IMG/VR virus record: IMGVR_UViG_3300011335_000809
Span: 32,001-96,000 of that record
Source of the DNA: a virus
Length of the DNA stretch: 64,000 nucleotides
Direction: 5' to 3' (one strand)
Part shown: positions 30,130 to 40,958 of the stretch, piece by piece
How the letters are laid out: the number at the start of each line of letters is the position of its first letter
How positions within the stretch are numbered: the stretch's first letter is position 1
Made by a program: the position numbers and the translations under genes
The notes under the pieces: model-generated
The model's input: the letters and a program-made list of their open reading frames with translations, nothing else
Told to the model about the DNA's origin: nothing
Database searches by the model: none

Positions 30130-31200
30130 TTACGAAATTAATGTTGTTGATTCAGATTTTTTCTTTGCTTCTCTAACAGAGACATAATTGATGGTATTTT
30201 CAATTGAAATACCCACTTGTTCCGAAAGACGCAATCCACGATAATATTTTGTAGGAATTCCAACATACTCACTCATAGCTATTTCTTTACGTGTATCCTT
30301 GATAAATTTCATATTTTGAATTGGATACAAATTGTTATATCCAATTGAAGTTAGAATTCCATTACCAAATAAGTTCATATGATAATCCGTAATTACATTG
30401 TAATATTTAACTTCTTCCATCACTACACTCTTTTTTATCAAGATTATTTCTTCACCTTTTACATTAAATGTAATAGTGCCAATCGGTGTATCACTTGTCA
30501 TCGGATAAGTAAATTTACCAGCCTGTTTATTAAAAATACGATGTTGTACAATTGTCTTTAAATAAGAACCATCACTAAATTCCAATAGATTGTATTTGGT
30601 TGTTACTTCTGGCTGCTTTATATACAAAGGTTTTGCCGTATCAAACTTCGCTTCGTCAAAATTCCACACAATAATATCGTCGATATAATCAATGTCTTCA
30701 ATTGCTTTGGTTGTACCATCTGACAATGATACCAAAGTGCCTTCTGCTAAACACACAGAAACATATATCGATATATCTGTACCATATGCTGTTCCATTAA
30801 CATTTGTTGCAAATGCTCTAATATAGACTAGACCATTTGTTGGGCTTATGTTCTGATTGCTACACGAAAATGATCCAATTGAAGCCGTAGGATCCACATA
30901 AGCGGAATCTGTTGGAAGTGTTGGGTTTGGAGAATTGCTTGCTACGAATCCTCTAGATAATATCGGTGAATTTCCATCAGATACTACTGTTCCTACGGCG
31001 CTAAAGTCGTAAAAAGCGCCGCCACTAGCACTATCTGTGGTCACGACTGGCAGTAGCGCCTGTAACGCCGATTCTTCTTGTTGTGCACCACCTGCAATTT
31101 GTTCTTCATATCCTCGCATCATTTTGGAATAATTTTGCATTATTTCGTGTAAGGGTAACTTTTCTTTGTTCTGTTGATAATAAGTCTGCCAATGTATCAT
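30130..31200 (-). CDS. FN3-like plus Hint-domain protein
   Basis: YIRAFATNVNGTAYG; CLAEGTLVSLSDG...YYNVITDYHMNLFGNGILTS. Confidence 0.7.
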   Translation of the reverse strand: MIHWQTYYQQNKEKLPLHEIMQNYSKMMRGYEEQIAGGAQQEESALQALLPVVTTDSASGGAFYDFSAVGTVVSDGNSPILSRGFVASNSPNPTLPTDSAYVDPTASIGSFSCSNQNISPTNGLVYIRAFATNVNGTAYGTDISIYVSVCLAEGTLVSLSDGTTKAIEDIDYIDDIIVWNFDEAKFDTAKPLYIKQPEVTTKYNLLEFSDGSYLKTIVQHRIFNKQAGKFTYPMTSDTPIGTITFNVKGEEIILIKKSVVMEEVKYYNVITDYHMNLFGNGILTSIGYNNLYPIQNMKFIKDTRKEIAMSEYVGIPTKYYRGLRLSEQVGISIENTINYVSVREAKKKSESTTLIS

Positions 31201-31230
31201 ACATATATATATCCACCAACAATACTAAAA

Positions 31231-31305
31231 TGGTAGCCTATGCCGGTGCTGCCCCGGCTACTCTTGGATGAAAGCCAAGTGACTTAGCTGGTTGTCGAAT
31301 AGGCC
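31231..31305 (-). tRNA. tRNA-Glu(TTC)
   Basis: CTTGG-CTTTCAT-CCAAG, CCA. Confidence 0.9.
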
Positions 31306-31312
31306 ATTAAAT

Positions 31313-31390
31313 TGGTGCTTCAGTGAGGATTCGAACCCCAAACTCAATGTCCGTAGCATTGCGTGATATATCCATTTTCACCACTGAAGC
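31313..31390 (-). tRNA. tRNA-Arg(ACG)
   Basis: CAATG-CTACGGA-CATTG, CCA. Confidence 0.93.
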
Positions 31391-31396
31391 ATAAAT

Positions 31397-31472
31397 TGGG
31401 GTGATATACGAGTGCTGCCCTCGTTCCGTGAGTTTCACAAACTCAAATGCTAACTGTTACACCAATATCACC
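31397..31472 (-). tRNA. tRNA-His(GTG)
   Basis: TGAGT-TTGTGAA-ACTCA, G-1:C73, CCA. Confidence 0.92.
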
Positions 31473-31484
31473 ATTACTATAAAT

Positions 31485-31560
31485 TGGAGCCGAAGACAGG
31501 ACTTGAACCTGCAACCTGAACTTTACAAAAGTCCTGCTCTGCCAATTGAGCTACTTCGGC
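31485..31560 (-). tRNA. tRNA-Thr(TGT)
   Basis: Loop TTTGTAA, CCA. Confidence 0.95.
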
Positions 31561-31612
31561 GGTCTAAATTTTCTTTGCTTATTTACTTATAACAATAACC
31601 TCAGTTATGTTA

Positions 31613-31741
31613 TTATCGCCCTATAGGTTCTGTATTTCAGCATAACACCTACGGACCAATCAATTGATTTTCCCAGTTCTCACCTTATCATCGGTCTTTC
31701 CGACTCACTGGCGGAGGCTCAACAGATGGAGTTTCAAGCCC
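31613..31741 (-). ncRNA. conserved tRNA-array 5' leader RNA motif, copy 2
   Basis: Homologous to 21578-21672, with an inserted hairpin. Confidence 0.7.
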
Positions 31742-31758
31742 TTCCTTTATCTTCTATC

Positions 31759-31876
31759 AGTCTATCATAACTTTCGTCATTGTCAACCGACTTTTAAAAT
31801 TTCTTTTTCATCATCCAATGAACTACTACCTTCGTTCACTGTTTAACTACTTTACCACACCTTCAAAGAACGTCAA
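31759..31876 (-). promoter_or_regulatory. two tandem sigma70-type promoters for tRNA array 2
   Basis: TTGACA-N16-TAGACT (31759-31786) and TTGACG-N16-TAAAGT (31849-31876). Confidence 0.7.
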
Positions 31877-31886
31877 CCACAAAAAT

Positions 31887-31917
31887 AAAAAAACCGTCAC
31901 TTTTTAGTGTGACGGTT
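31887..31917 (-). terminator. attenuator terminator 2
   Basis: AACCGTCAC-loop-GTGACGGTT plus U tract; 5' arm can alternatively pair with 31953-31966. Confidence 0.85.
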
Positions 31918-31948
31918 GATATTGTTTTGAAGTTACCTAAGTTTGAGT

Positions 31949-32026
31949 CTATACAATATCACCGCCAACACATTCACAATTCGTAAATGTATCCCAACGT
32001 TTAATATGTGTATACTGTACTCTCAT
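31949..32026 (-). CDS. leader peptide 2, MRVQYTHIKRWDTFTNCECVGGDIV
   Basis: 25-codon ORF after TATATATT; contains all 12 amino acids of tRNA array 2; last codons form the antiterminator strand. Confidence 0.8.
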   Translation of the reverse strand: MRVQYTHIKRWDTFTNCECVGGDIV

Positions 32027-32306
32027 TATATTAATATATATTATCAAATTTACTAAACGTCAAGAATTTTTATTGCTAAAATTCTTTATAACTTTATACA
32101 AACTATAAAAACAATATGTTGTTAATACTGTCAAAGCACTAACTCCTAGACTCATTCCTATAGTCACTACCCACCCAATTATATTACGTTGTTCTTCACT
32201 CAATGTAAACATATCTCAGAATATATACTCGATCATTAATCATTAAACTTAATATATTAAATTAAAATTATAACCACTTATTACATCAATTCTATCTATA
32301 TTAGTT

Positions 32307-32975
32307 ATGCATAATTTTACAATAGATTACACAGACGGCCTCAAAATAGACAACAACTTTTATGACACAGAATTTGCCGCCGGAAAAGAATCTCACTATA
32401 TGGTCAAAACTTATTTTTGTCACAAAAAAATAAAACGTAGCCTGCAAACACATCCAGATCAATTGGGCATAACCGCAACAATCGAAGAACTAGAATCCAC
32501 TTCAAACAAAACAATACTCACATCAAACAATTGCAATTTGGGATGTTGGCTTATACCAAGTTTCTCAAAATTCTTTGTGCCATATCACATAGACATTTAT
32601 TATAACAAAGAATTGTATCAATCAGATACACTCGACTGTAAATTCAAATTGGTCAACTTCACTCTTCATCCAAAAGATGATCGTGAACTATACACATGGA
32701 TGAATGTTATAGAAAATTTTAAAAAACAAATGCAATGCGACATATCCATAAAAAATGATACAGTCGCTTCTACCACAGAATTTGACCACATCGCAGATGT
32801 AAAATATAAAACCGATGATGTAAATAAACAATACTATCTGGGCCTACACATAGGCAGATTCTACCAACCCAATACCAATATGCCAGATATAAACTATCAC
32901 CCAGATCAATTACATAACAAAAATTCGCTGGACATCATCAATGATATACTATACTACTACACTACCATAATTTAA
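32307..32975 (+). CDS. hypothetical protein
   Basis: 222 aa ORF. Confidence 0.65.
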   Translation: MHNFTIDYTDGLKIDNNFYDTEFAAGKESHYMVKTYFCHKKIKRSLQTHPDQLGITATIEELESTSNKTILTSNNCNLGCWLIPSFSKFFVPYHIDIYYNKELYQSDTLDCKFKLVNFTLHPKDDRELYTWMNVIENFKKQMQCDISIKNDTVASTTEFDHIADVKYKTDDVNKQYYLGLHIGRFYQPNTNMPDINYHPDQLHNKNSLDIINDILYYYTTII

Positions 32976-32985
32976 AATATACCAT

Positions 32986-33666
32986 ATGCACAATACAGTA
33001 TTAATGATACTATCAGTCAGAAATTCCAAAAGCTTCGAAGAATCAGTTAATAAACTACAGTGTGAAAAAATTTGGTTCAAAGGATATAGAGAACACGAAT
33101 TGTCCCCAATAGTAAACGATTTCGTACGAAATTCAAATTTCGAAAATTATTTTATCACACCAGATGACTTGATAATAAAACCTCACCAATTCGAAAAATT
33201 AAAATTATCATTAAATCACAATGACATAGTATCAGGATGGGGAGTGATACGCCAAAATTGTACACACACCACTATCACCAAACCACACAACTTTTTACAA
33301 ACAAATATATTCAAACACCAATTCACATCACACGGTTTCAAAAATCAACAATACAACTTTTCATACAAAACTCACGAAATTAACTCGCTTCCAAACGAAA
33401 TAGAAACCGCATTCACAGGATGGTTTTATACAGGTATGAAAAAACACATATGGACTCAATATCCATACGAATGCCTAAACCCTCCATTCGCAAGCTCAGA
33501 CCTGATGTTTAGTAGACGAGTTTTATTCGATAACAAATATAAACAAATTTGCATCAAAAGCGCAAACGTTATACACCTGTCCAACTCAACCACAATGCCA
33601 ACCGATAAATCATTCTTCGATATGTCTACATGCTTCTCAAATAAATCAATAACCAAAACCTTCTAA
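32986..33666 (+). CDS. glycosyltransferase-like protein
   Basis: YFITPDD (DxD-like), DIVSGW, SDLMFS, HL. Confidence 0.5.
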   Translation: MHNTVLMILSVRNSKSFEESVNKLQCEKIWFKGYREHELSPIVNDFVRNSNFENYFITPDDLIIKPHQFEKLKLSLNHNDIVSGWGVIRQNCTHTTITKPHNFLQTNIFKHQFTSHGFKNQQYNFSYKTHEINSLPNEIETAFTGWFYTGMKKHIWTQYPYECLNPPFASSDLMFSRRVLFDNKYKQICIKSANVIHLSNSTTMPTDKSFFDMSTCFSNKSITKTF

Positions 33667-33679
33667 TTAACACCACACG

Positions 33680-34342
33680 ATGATACCAAATACCATATCC
33701 ACCTTTCTACAATCAAACCCAAACGCCACCATTCTGCAAATAGGCGGCAACGATGGCACTCAAGACGATTTTATAAAACCTATAATATATCAATATCCCA
33801 ATACCACCCTACACACACTGGAACCCATACCTCAATACTACAAGGAACTACTCAATACCTACAAAGATTATAAAAATGTGCACTGCCACAACTACGCAAT
33901 CACTAATACCTCAGGCACAGATTTTATAAACTATATTCCCTACAACCACTCTATGCCAACTTGGCTAAAAGGTTGCTCCAGCTTTTTCACCAACAAAAAT
34001 ATCATCGACCCATATTGGCAAAATATAGTAAATAACCACAATGTTAACAATTACCTAAAAAATAACATAATCAAACTGCAAGTAAATACCCTAACCTTCA
34101 ATCACTTTGTAACACAACACAATATTAATAACATAGACATTTTGGTAATAGACACAGAAGGATACGAATGTGAAATACTAAAACAAATAAATCTATCACA
34201 ATTTACACCACACATAATAATACTAGAATTTCATAACCACTCCGACCAAGACAAAAATACAATCACCAATATCCTAAAATCAAATAACTACACTTACAAC
34301 ATCCTACCAATGGACATCGTCGCCACAAAAATAATACCATAA
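33680..34342 (+). CDS. FkbM family methyltransferase
   Basis: QIGGNDG, LEPIP, NYAI, IDILVIDTEGYECEIL. Confidence 0.85.
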   Translation: MIPNTISTFLQSNPNATILQIGGNDGTQDDFIKPIIYQYPNTTLHTLEPIPQYYKELLNTYKDYKNVHCHNYAITNTSGTDFINYIPYNHSMPTWLKGCSSFFTNKNIIDPYWQNIVNNHNVNNYLKNNIIKLQVNTLTFNHFVTQHNINNIDILVIDTEGYECEILKQINLSQFTPHIIILEFHNHSDQDKNTITNILKSNNYTYNILPMDIVATKIIP

Positions 34343-34688
34343 AACATATACAACTTTCCCCATAAAAAAATTACCACCATGGTTTTTTAACACCATTTCA
34401 AACATAAACCAAAACTATACCACCAAAAATACCCTTTATCCCCACTTTTATAAGCACATCAAACAAATGTACATATGTGCTTTTCCCAAGTAAAAAACCT
34501 CCCTGTGTGACATGCGTACCTCCGCGAGGGTACCGCGGGGCTGTTTTGTATGTTCAGAACCACTTCGGTAGGGTGCTGCATACCCCCTCCCCCCTATTAT
34601 AACAAAAAGAGGTAGGGAGCTATACCCCCTACCCCGTCAAGTTAATAAATAGGCTAAATGTGACATAGCCCCCCTACTGGCTCCCCTA

Positions 34689-35216
34689 TTAGTGCCACTC
34701 AGTGAATGTGTTGGTTTTACCGTTCCACTTAAAGGCAGTACTGAAGCTGTTGATCTTGAGGCACACATTGTTGCCATCTTTGGTGTTATAGCTATTGATA
34801 CGTTTGGTGTATCGTTTGGTACCTACCTTAGTAGGATCAGGCACACATTCGCCTTGCATATCACCAGTGTAGTTTCTGGTTTGACCGATAGGAGCAATGA
34901 CTACTGATTTATTTAGTACTTCGATTACCTTGTAGTAATCCACATTGGTTTGACCGTAGCCCCAGCTACATACGAAGATTTCGCCGGCGTTAACAGTAGG
35001 CAACGGTTTATTGACTAGAGTGACATCGATAGCGTTGACAGCGATATTGCCGCTTATGTTGATTGTGCGATCAACTGGAGTACAATAGAGGATGCCTGTA
35101 CGAGTAGTTTTCCAGACTTTGAGTTCGGTGCCTACTGGTATGACAGTGATTCGATTGTAACTACCGAGTACGATCTGAATGTTATTAACAACTGTATCGT
35201 TCTTTTTAATAGCCAT
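34689..35216 (-). CDS. conserved early phage hypothetical protein
   Basis: GEIFVCSWGYGQTNVDYYKV motif. Confidence 0.7.
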   Translation of the reverse strand: MAIKKNDTVVNNIQIVLGSYNRITVIPVGTELKVWKTTRTGILYCTPVDRTINISGNIAVNAIDVTLVNKPLPTVNAGEIFVCSWGYGQTNVDYYKVIEVLNKSVVIAPIGQTRNYTGDMQGECVPDPTKVGTKRYTKRINSYNTKDGNNVCLKINSFSTAFKWNGKTNTFTEWH

Positions 35217-35471
35217 AGTGTAGTAGATTATTATTGTTGATGTATTACCCAGACCAAATTACTGATAGTCCTCCATACAAGCACTTTCACAGCGGTCCTC
35301 GTAGGCACTATCTAAATAAGCATCTTCGTTGGGAGCCACTTCCCGATAATCGGGAGCATACAGATCGGAGGTTTCGTTTTGCGGATCGATCACGTAAGAG
35401 TCAGCGTTCATTGTTTAAATATCTTATACTACCCAGACCAAACCTCAAGCTTTTTCCTAAGCTTTTTTTGA

Positions 35472-38400
35472 TTACTCAGCTTGGTGAAGTCCCCAGTACT
35501 TGTCCTGACAGGGTTGACAAGTGGCAGCGATCTTATACTCTTTTGCACTAAGAGCGTCACGAAAGTATGTTGCTGATTTACCACATTCAACACATTGATT
35601 ACCGGCTTGTGCTAGTATGACACTACGGCCAAATAGCTTCATACTGAGGTTTTCTTTGAATGATTCCATACTAGTTACTTTACCACGGATTTTTCTGAAA
35701 GTCCTGACTTAAATTCAAAATAATCTTGATATACTTTATTTTGATCCGCATGATTTCTTGAACAGATATTGCCTAGTTCCCATTTTACAATACCTTGTTC
35801 TGTAAAATACTTATCTATCAATACGGCAGCATCAATAATTTCTTTTGGAATATCATCCATACTACTCATAATATTACTTATTGGCTAAATATTGATCAAA
35901 GTCATCTACATTGATGTTGGTGATATTGATAGTGTATCCTTTATCAGTCATAGCTTTGTAGAAGGTGTATAGATCACAATCTTCTTCCAGATAGAACTTA
36001 TGACGTTTAAGTGGGGAATAAGTAGTAATATCATCCCAAACCCCAGCAATATCTCGTACATCTTTGATAGGCACTTCTAACCAACTATGACCAGGATCAT
36101 AAATACGAGTGTAGTTGCGGACCATAGTATCATTGCTGTATCGTTCGGTGAGAGTCATATTATTATTATTTATTCGTTGTAATAGTCACCCGCTTCGTTT
36201 TGATTGTAGTCTTGAAAGTCATCTTCACCACTACCATTACCCGTATAACTGGATGCATCACCACTAACACGATCTTCGTAAGCAATATCTTCTGGGTCAA
36301 TCATATTATTATTGTTTAGAGAGTAATTTTGAATTTACCAATAGTATTACCGTTAGTATCCACTATCTTATGACCTTTATTGTTATTACGTTCCAGCTGG
36401 TAATTGGGATACAACATATGTTCATAAGCATAATCCCCAACCTGTTGTAGAATACGATTCACTTCCCCGAATTGGTTGTCCTCGAAAGCGGCGGTATCAG
36501 TGTCGAACTCAATAGTGATTTTCATCGTGTAAATAGAATACCAGAGTTTTAGAGAAAGTCAACAGCTTTTTTTAATTACTTGAAATGCTCACAACACCGA
36601 TTCGGTTGCCATTGGTATCCTTAATCGGACGGCGGATTCCAGTATTGTTTTCGCTGTCGATGATGGCGGCCTTGGCTTGCTGAACCGCCTTGGTGACCTC
36701 CATCAGAAAGTTATCTTCGAAAGCGGCGTTGTCGGTATCGAACTCAATTACAATCTTCATCGTGTAAATAGAATATCAGCTTTTTATCGAAAGTCAACAG
36801 CTTTTTTTAACTATCCTCGATTACTTAATCAGCGGGTTGTCGATTTGTTCCAACATATGGCCACCGTCAATGTAAGTAAACTCAGCTTCTGTAATCTTAT
36901 GGATATTATTAACATCAATTGCCTGATTGCGATAACCAACCATTGTACCAGTAAGAGGAACCAGTGACACACGGTGCCAACCACCATAACTCATAAGAAT
37001 GTAAATAGTGCCTAACGTGGGATGACGATAATAATTACCAACCTTATGAGTCCTAACAGGCTTAGCAATACCTGCCTTAATTGCCACATCAATATCAATA
37101 TTGAATTCAACACCGTTGATATTGACACTAACCGTCTGAGTCTTAATAGCGATCATTTGTTTTTTATTTATTACGGAGATTAGTCTACAGTATTTTTACA
37201 AGAAAGTCAACAACTATTTTTAATTACCCTCGATTACCGAATCGAAGCGACGAAGCTGGGTCCATTGACCAAGCGAACAAAGTAGCACTCATTGCGGTCG
37301 CTGTTCCAGCCGCTGAAGGTGAAATCCTTGCTGTTGTGGGTCAACACCTTGTTGGTGAGCAGCTTAACATCATCCCAGCCGTTCGGCACCTTGAAGGTGA
37401 GAAACTCACGGTTGTCACCCGGCATAGCGGAATACTCAACCTGGATCTTGTTGGAGGCGATAGAAGCAACGTTCATTGTGTAAATACTATACATCCACCA
37501 GGTGAAAACCTCAAGCTTTTTTTAAAACTTTTTGCGTTAATGTTAACGTAATCAGCGCACTCTCCGGTCCCCCACCCTGGCTTTGTCAGCCGATCTATAA
37601 AGACTATACACTACCCAGTCAGGAAGTCAACACTTAGATGCAAAAAAATTGGGAGGATGTGTTGACCCTCCCAACCAATCAAAGTGTCTGTATGAGGCCC
37701 CTAGGGCGTTCTGGCTACCCTTTAGAAGACATCTATTCCGTCCAACGTAGCCTCAGCGCCATCTGGACTGCGACTGTACATCACATCACTTAGAGCAAAC
37801 CAGGCACCTTCAGACCGTCGAGGACTGTTAGCAACATTTTGTTCCAATTGATAAACATATTCATCGGTCACTAGTTTCCAACCAACGGATTGACACTGAA
37901 AATACTTACCATTAACACACACGATGTCATTTACACTCAGTGAACGCTTATTGGATTTGATAAACATTTCACACTCCATACAACTACCATTGTTCCACTC
38001 AGCAAATACACGTTCCAGATTGTCTTCCACTGACATATCATTAGTGGCAACATAAGAATATGTGGCTTCGTCAGGATAGATAACGTGAATTAGGTTCTTT
38101 TTCATTACCCCAATAGAATAAACCCTTGATCGTTCAAAGTCAAGAGTTTTTTGACAAAAAACCAGATAGAGTACTTTGACCCTATCTGGTTGTTAAATGC
38201 TTAACCGTGATACTTTAAACCACAATGTACTCAGTAGCAGGCCTTCCTTTACCTTCACCTTTCACACTACCATTAACCTTGATACTACCTTCCTTTTCCC
38301 ACTGTTTGATAATAGGAAACAACACAGGTTGAGTAACACCCAACACACTCATAAGAAACTTAGCTGTAAATTTGGTACCCGACTTGAGAGTCATATCTAA

Positions 38401-39723
38401 CTTGATCTTAGTACCAGAGCCACGACGGCCACGATTACGTACACCGGTCTTAGCAGCTTCTTCCTTAGCATCAGCACTATCCTTAGCTTTAATCACAAGT
38501 TGATCAAATCGTTCCTCTGCCTGACCAATATCACGACAATCAAAAGCAGTCTTACCAAATGCATTAGCGCCTGGATACTGTTCATACGATTCTTCTACAA
38601 ACTTACCATTAGGCAACGGAGCTCCCTTAGGCACAACTTTCACAATAAACACTTCGTAGCTACGAGGAGTGCCATCGGTATTGAATCGTTGATAGATAGC
38701 CACGCCATTTTCCTTGCGGATTTGAACGAACTTGTTCATACCGACTTTGTCGTAGTTACCGGTGAATTCTTTTTGGAGCTTTTTCATTACGAGATACAGT
38801 CTACAGGAGTTTTGGTGAAAGTCAACTAAATTTTCAAATTATTCTGAACGCATGTCACGTTGGCTGATGCTATAAGTCATTTCTTGATATTTGCCTAGAT
38901 CTTGATTACATACAGAGTCTGTGGATGTATCATAGATAGGCATAAAGTCTGGGTACTTGGCTCTAATTTCTGTATGAATATCTTCTAGGTTACTTAGTTT
39001 GGCACTATATAGAGCTACACTTTCTGCACTTGGAGTAGCTAAAGTATTTACGTAGTGATTTAGTTCTGTTAGGTACTTAGCATCTTCCAGCTGTTCTACT
39101 TGCAATTCAGGATCAATATTATTAGAATTCATATATTATAATATTTTAAATTTAGTTTAAGTCACCCCAGCTATAATTTGAAAAACTAAACTTATTGCTA
39201 CTGCGCTTGTAGATCTTACTTGAGTCAATCCGCTTAGTGACTGGCTTAGTTGCGCCCCAGGTCTTACGAATCTTAATTTTAACTTTCATATTTTATTTAT
39301 TATAAATTTATCAGGAAATTTTCAGGAGTCAAGACTTATTTTAGCCGCTTTCAGCGCTAATAACTAGTCTTTTTATAAAACTACGATATTATTTTAATTT
39401 AGAAATATCGAGAGTTATTTCCAATTAGACTTAATTTTCTTAGGTTTATGTACTGACAGACTAATGATTTGGTTATTGCCTTTATTATCAACAAATGTAA
39501 TTTCATCCTTACTAATAGTAGCTTTATCCAAAGCACCCTCGGTAATATTGATCATTTTAGTACCATAGTTTTTAACGACTTCAAGAAGAATCACTGAATT
39601 ATTCGGATTACCAGTGATAGTTTCGTCGTAATAAAAATTACAAACGCCGCAATATTTTTGGGAATAGATTTCTGAAGCAGTAGCAATAGCTTCAAGCAAA
39701 TAATCAACCTTTTTTGTATTCAT
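35472..39723 (-). other. series of short early ORFs (35472-35669, 35675-35869, 35874-36158, 36316-36525, 36572-36760, 36821-37156, 37234-37476, 37722-38105, 38215-38787, 38839-39132, 39415-39723)
   Basis: Co-oriented short ORFs, most directly behind their own promoter; 36316 and 36572 are paralogues (MKIxIEFDTDxAAFEDN). Confidence 0.7.
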
Positions 39724-40958
39724 CGTGGATATATCCTACAGGATTTTTAGAGAAAGTCAACAGCTTTTTTCAGAAAAGTTGACCGGAGAATCGTTTAACG
39801 TTTTTATCAATCACTGTAATATTACCACGGGTAATGCTAATATTAACAGTTAATAGTTGTTCCATTTTACCAAAATTACAAACAGTTTCAATATCAAGAA
39901 TTTCATAGATATGAGACCAAAGTTCATTGCCGAAGCGGTACATACAGCTGCCTCGGATATTGTCCCCAACACTGTAGTTCGTTGTCATCGTGAAAATACT
40001 ATACCCTACCCCCACCCTAAAGTCAACCGAAATTTTAAAAAAAGTGAAAAAACAAGTTTTCAGGATCTCACTCACATTACCTTTGTGGTATAGCGATGTG
40101 TTCCCTATAAGCAATTGGGAGTTGAACCCAATCTCCAGTATTACCAGCGCATTGACCGAATGCTTTGCCTACGTGTCTATCTGTTACTTGTTATTGAATA
40201 ACACATAGAGGATTTGAACCTCTCATTCACCACTGGTGATCAGTTCAGTTTAGAATGACCGCCTGTATATATTATTCGAAAATTGGTGGACATTATCGTA
40301 GCCCATACGTCGGATTTATACCGAAGCATTTCCTTTTACAGTCGTGCATACTATTGATAACCAAGCAAAAAATCTTTAAATAATGTTTCCGTTTGCTTCT
40401 ACTATTTTATAGGCGCCAGCAACGCTGTTATCATATTTATTTGATTTTATTGTCAAGATAGCTATTCTCTATGCTTGATTAAAAGAACTAAAAAATTGTT
40501 TTGTTAGCTTCGATGTCCGCATATAACTGCCTGTATTATACCCCTACTGGTCGATTACTGACGGTAACATCAGCATCATTCTTCATCTACTCATATAATA
40601 CCATCTATAACTAACAAATTGTAGAATTGGGAAACACTGATTAAACTTCCACGCCTCCCGGCTTTCACCGATCACAGGTAGCACGTTCCTTGTTTCCCAA
40701 CTCTGTAAATATCTTATCAGACTTTTCTGACTTGTAAAGAACTTTTTCTAAAAATCTTTAAGATTGAGAGCGTGGATTCTCTTACCACTACTTAGGGCGG
40801 ATTCCGCTTCCGTTCGGACTTCAACCGACTCTCTCTCAACCTTGAAACTAGTCTATCCTACCACCCACCAAAAGTCAAGCCCTACCTCAAACTTTTTTCA
40901 ACTTTTCCTAACTTTTTATTTCCTAACGAACTATTTATTTATTGACAAGAGAATACTT

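Noticed and set aside
19303-31846. Short tracked ORFs over tRNA arrays (e.g. 19303, 19433, 21029, 21293, 28460, 29794, 31401)
   Set aside because: They overlap tRNA or ncRNA genes and are spurious
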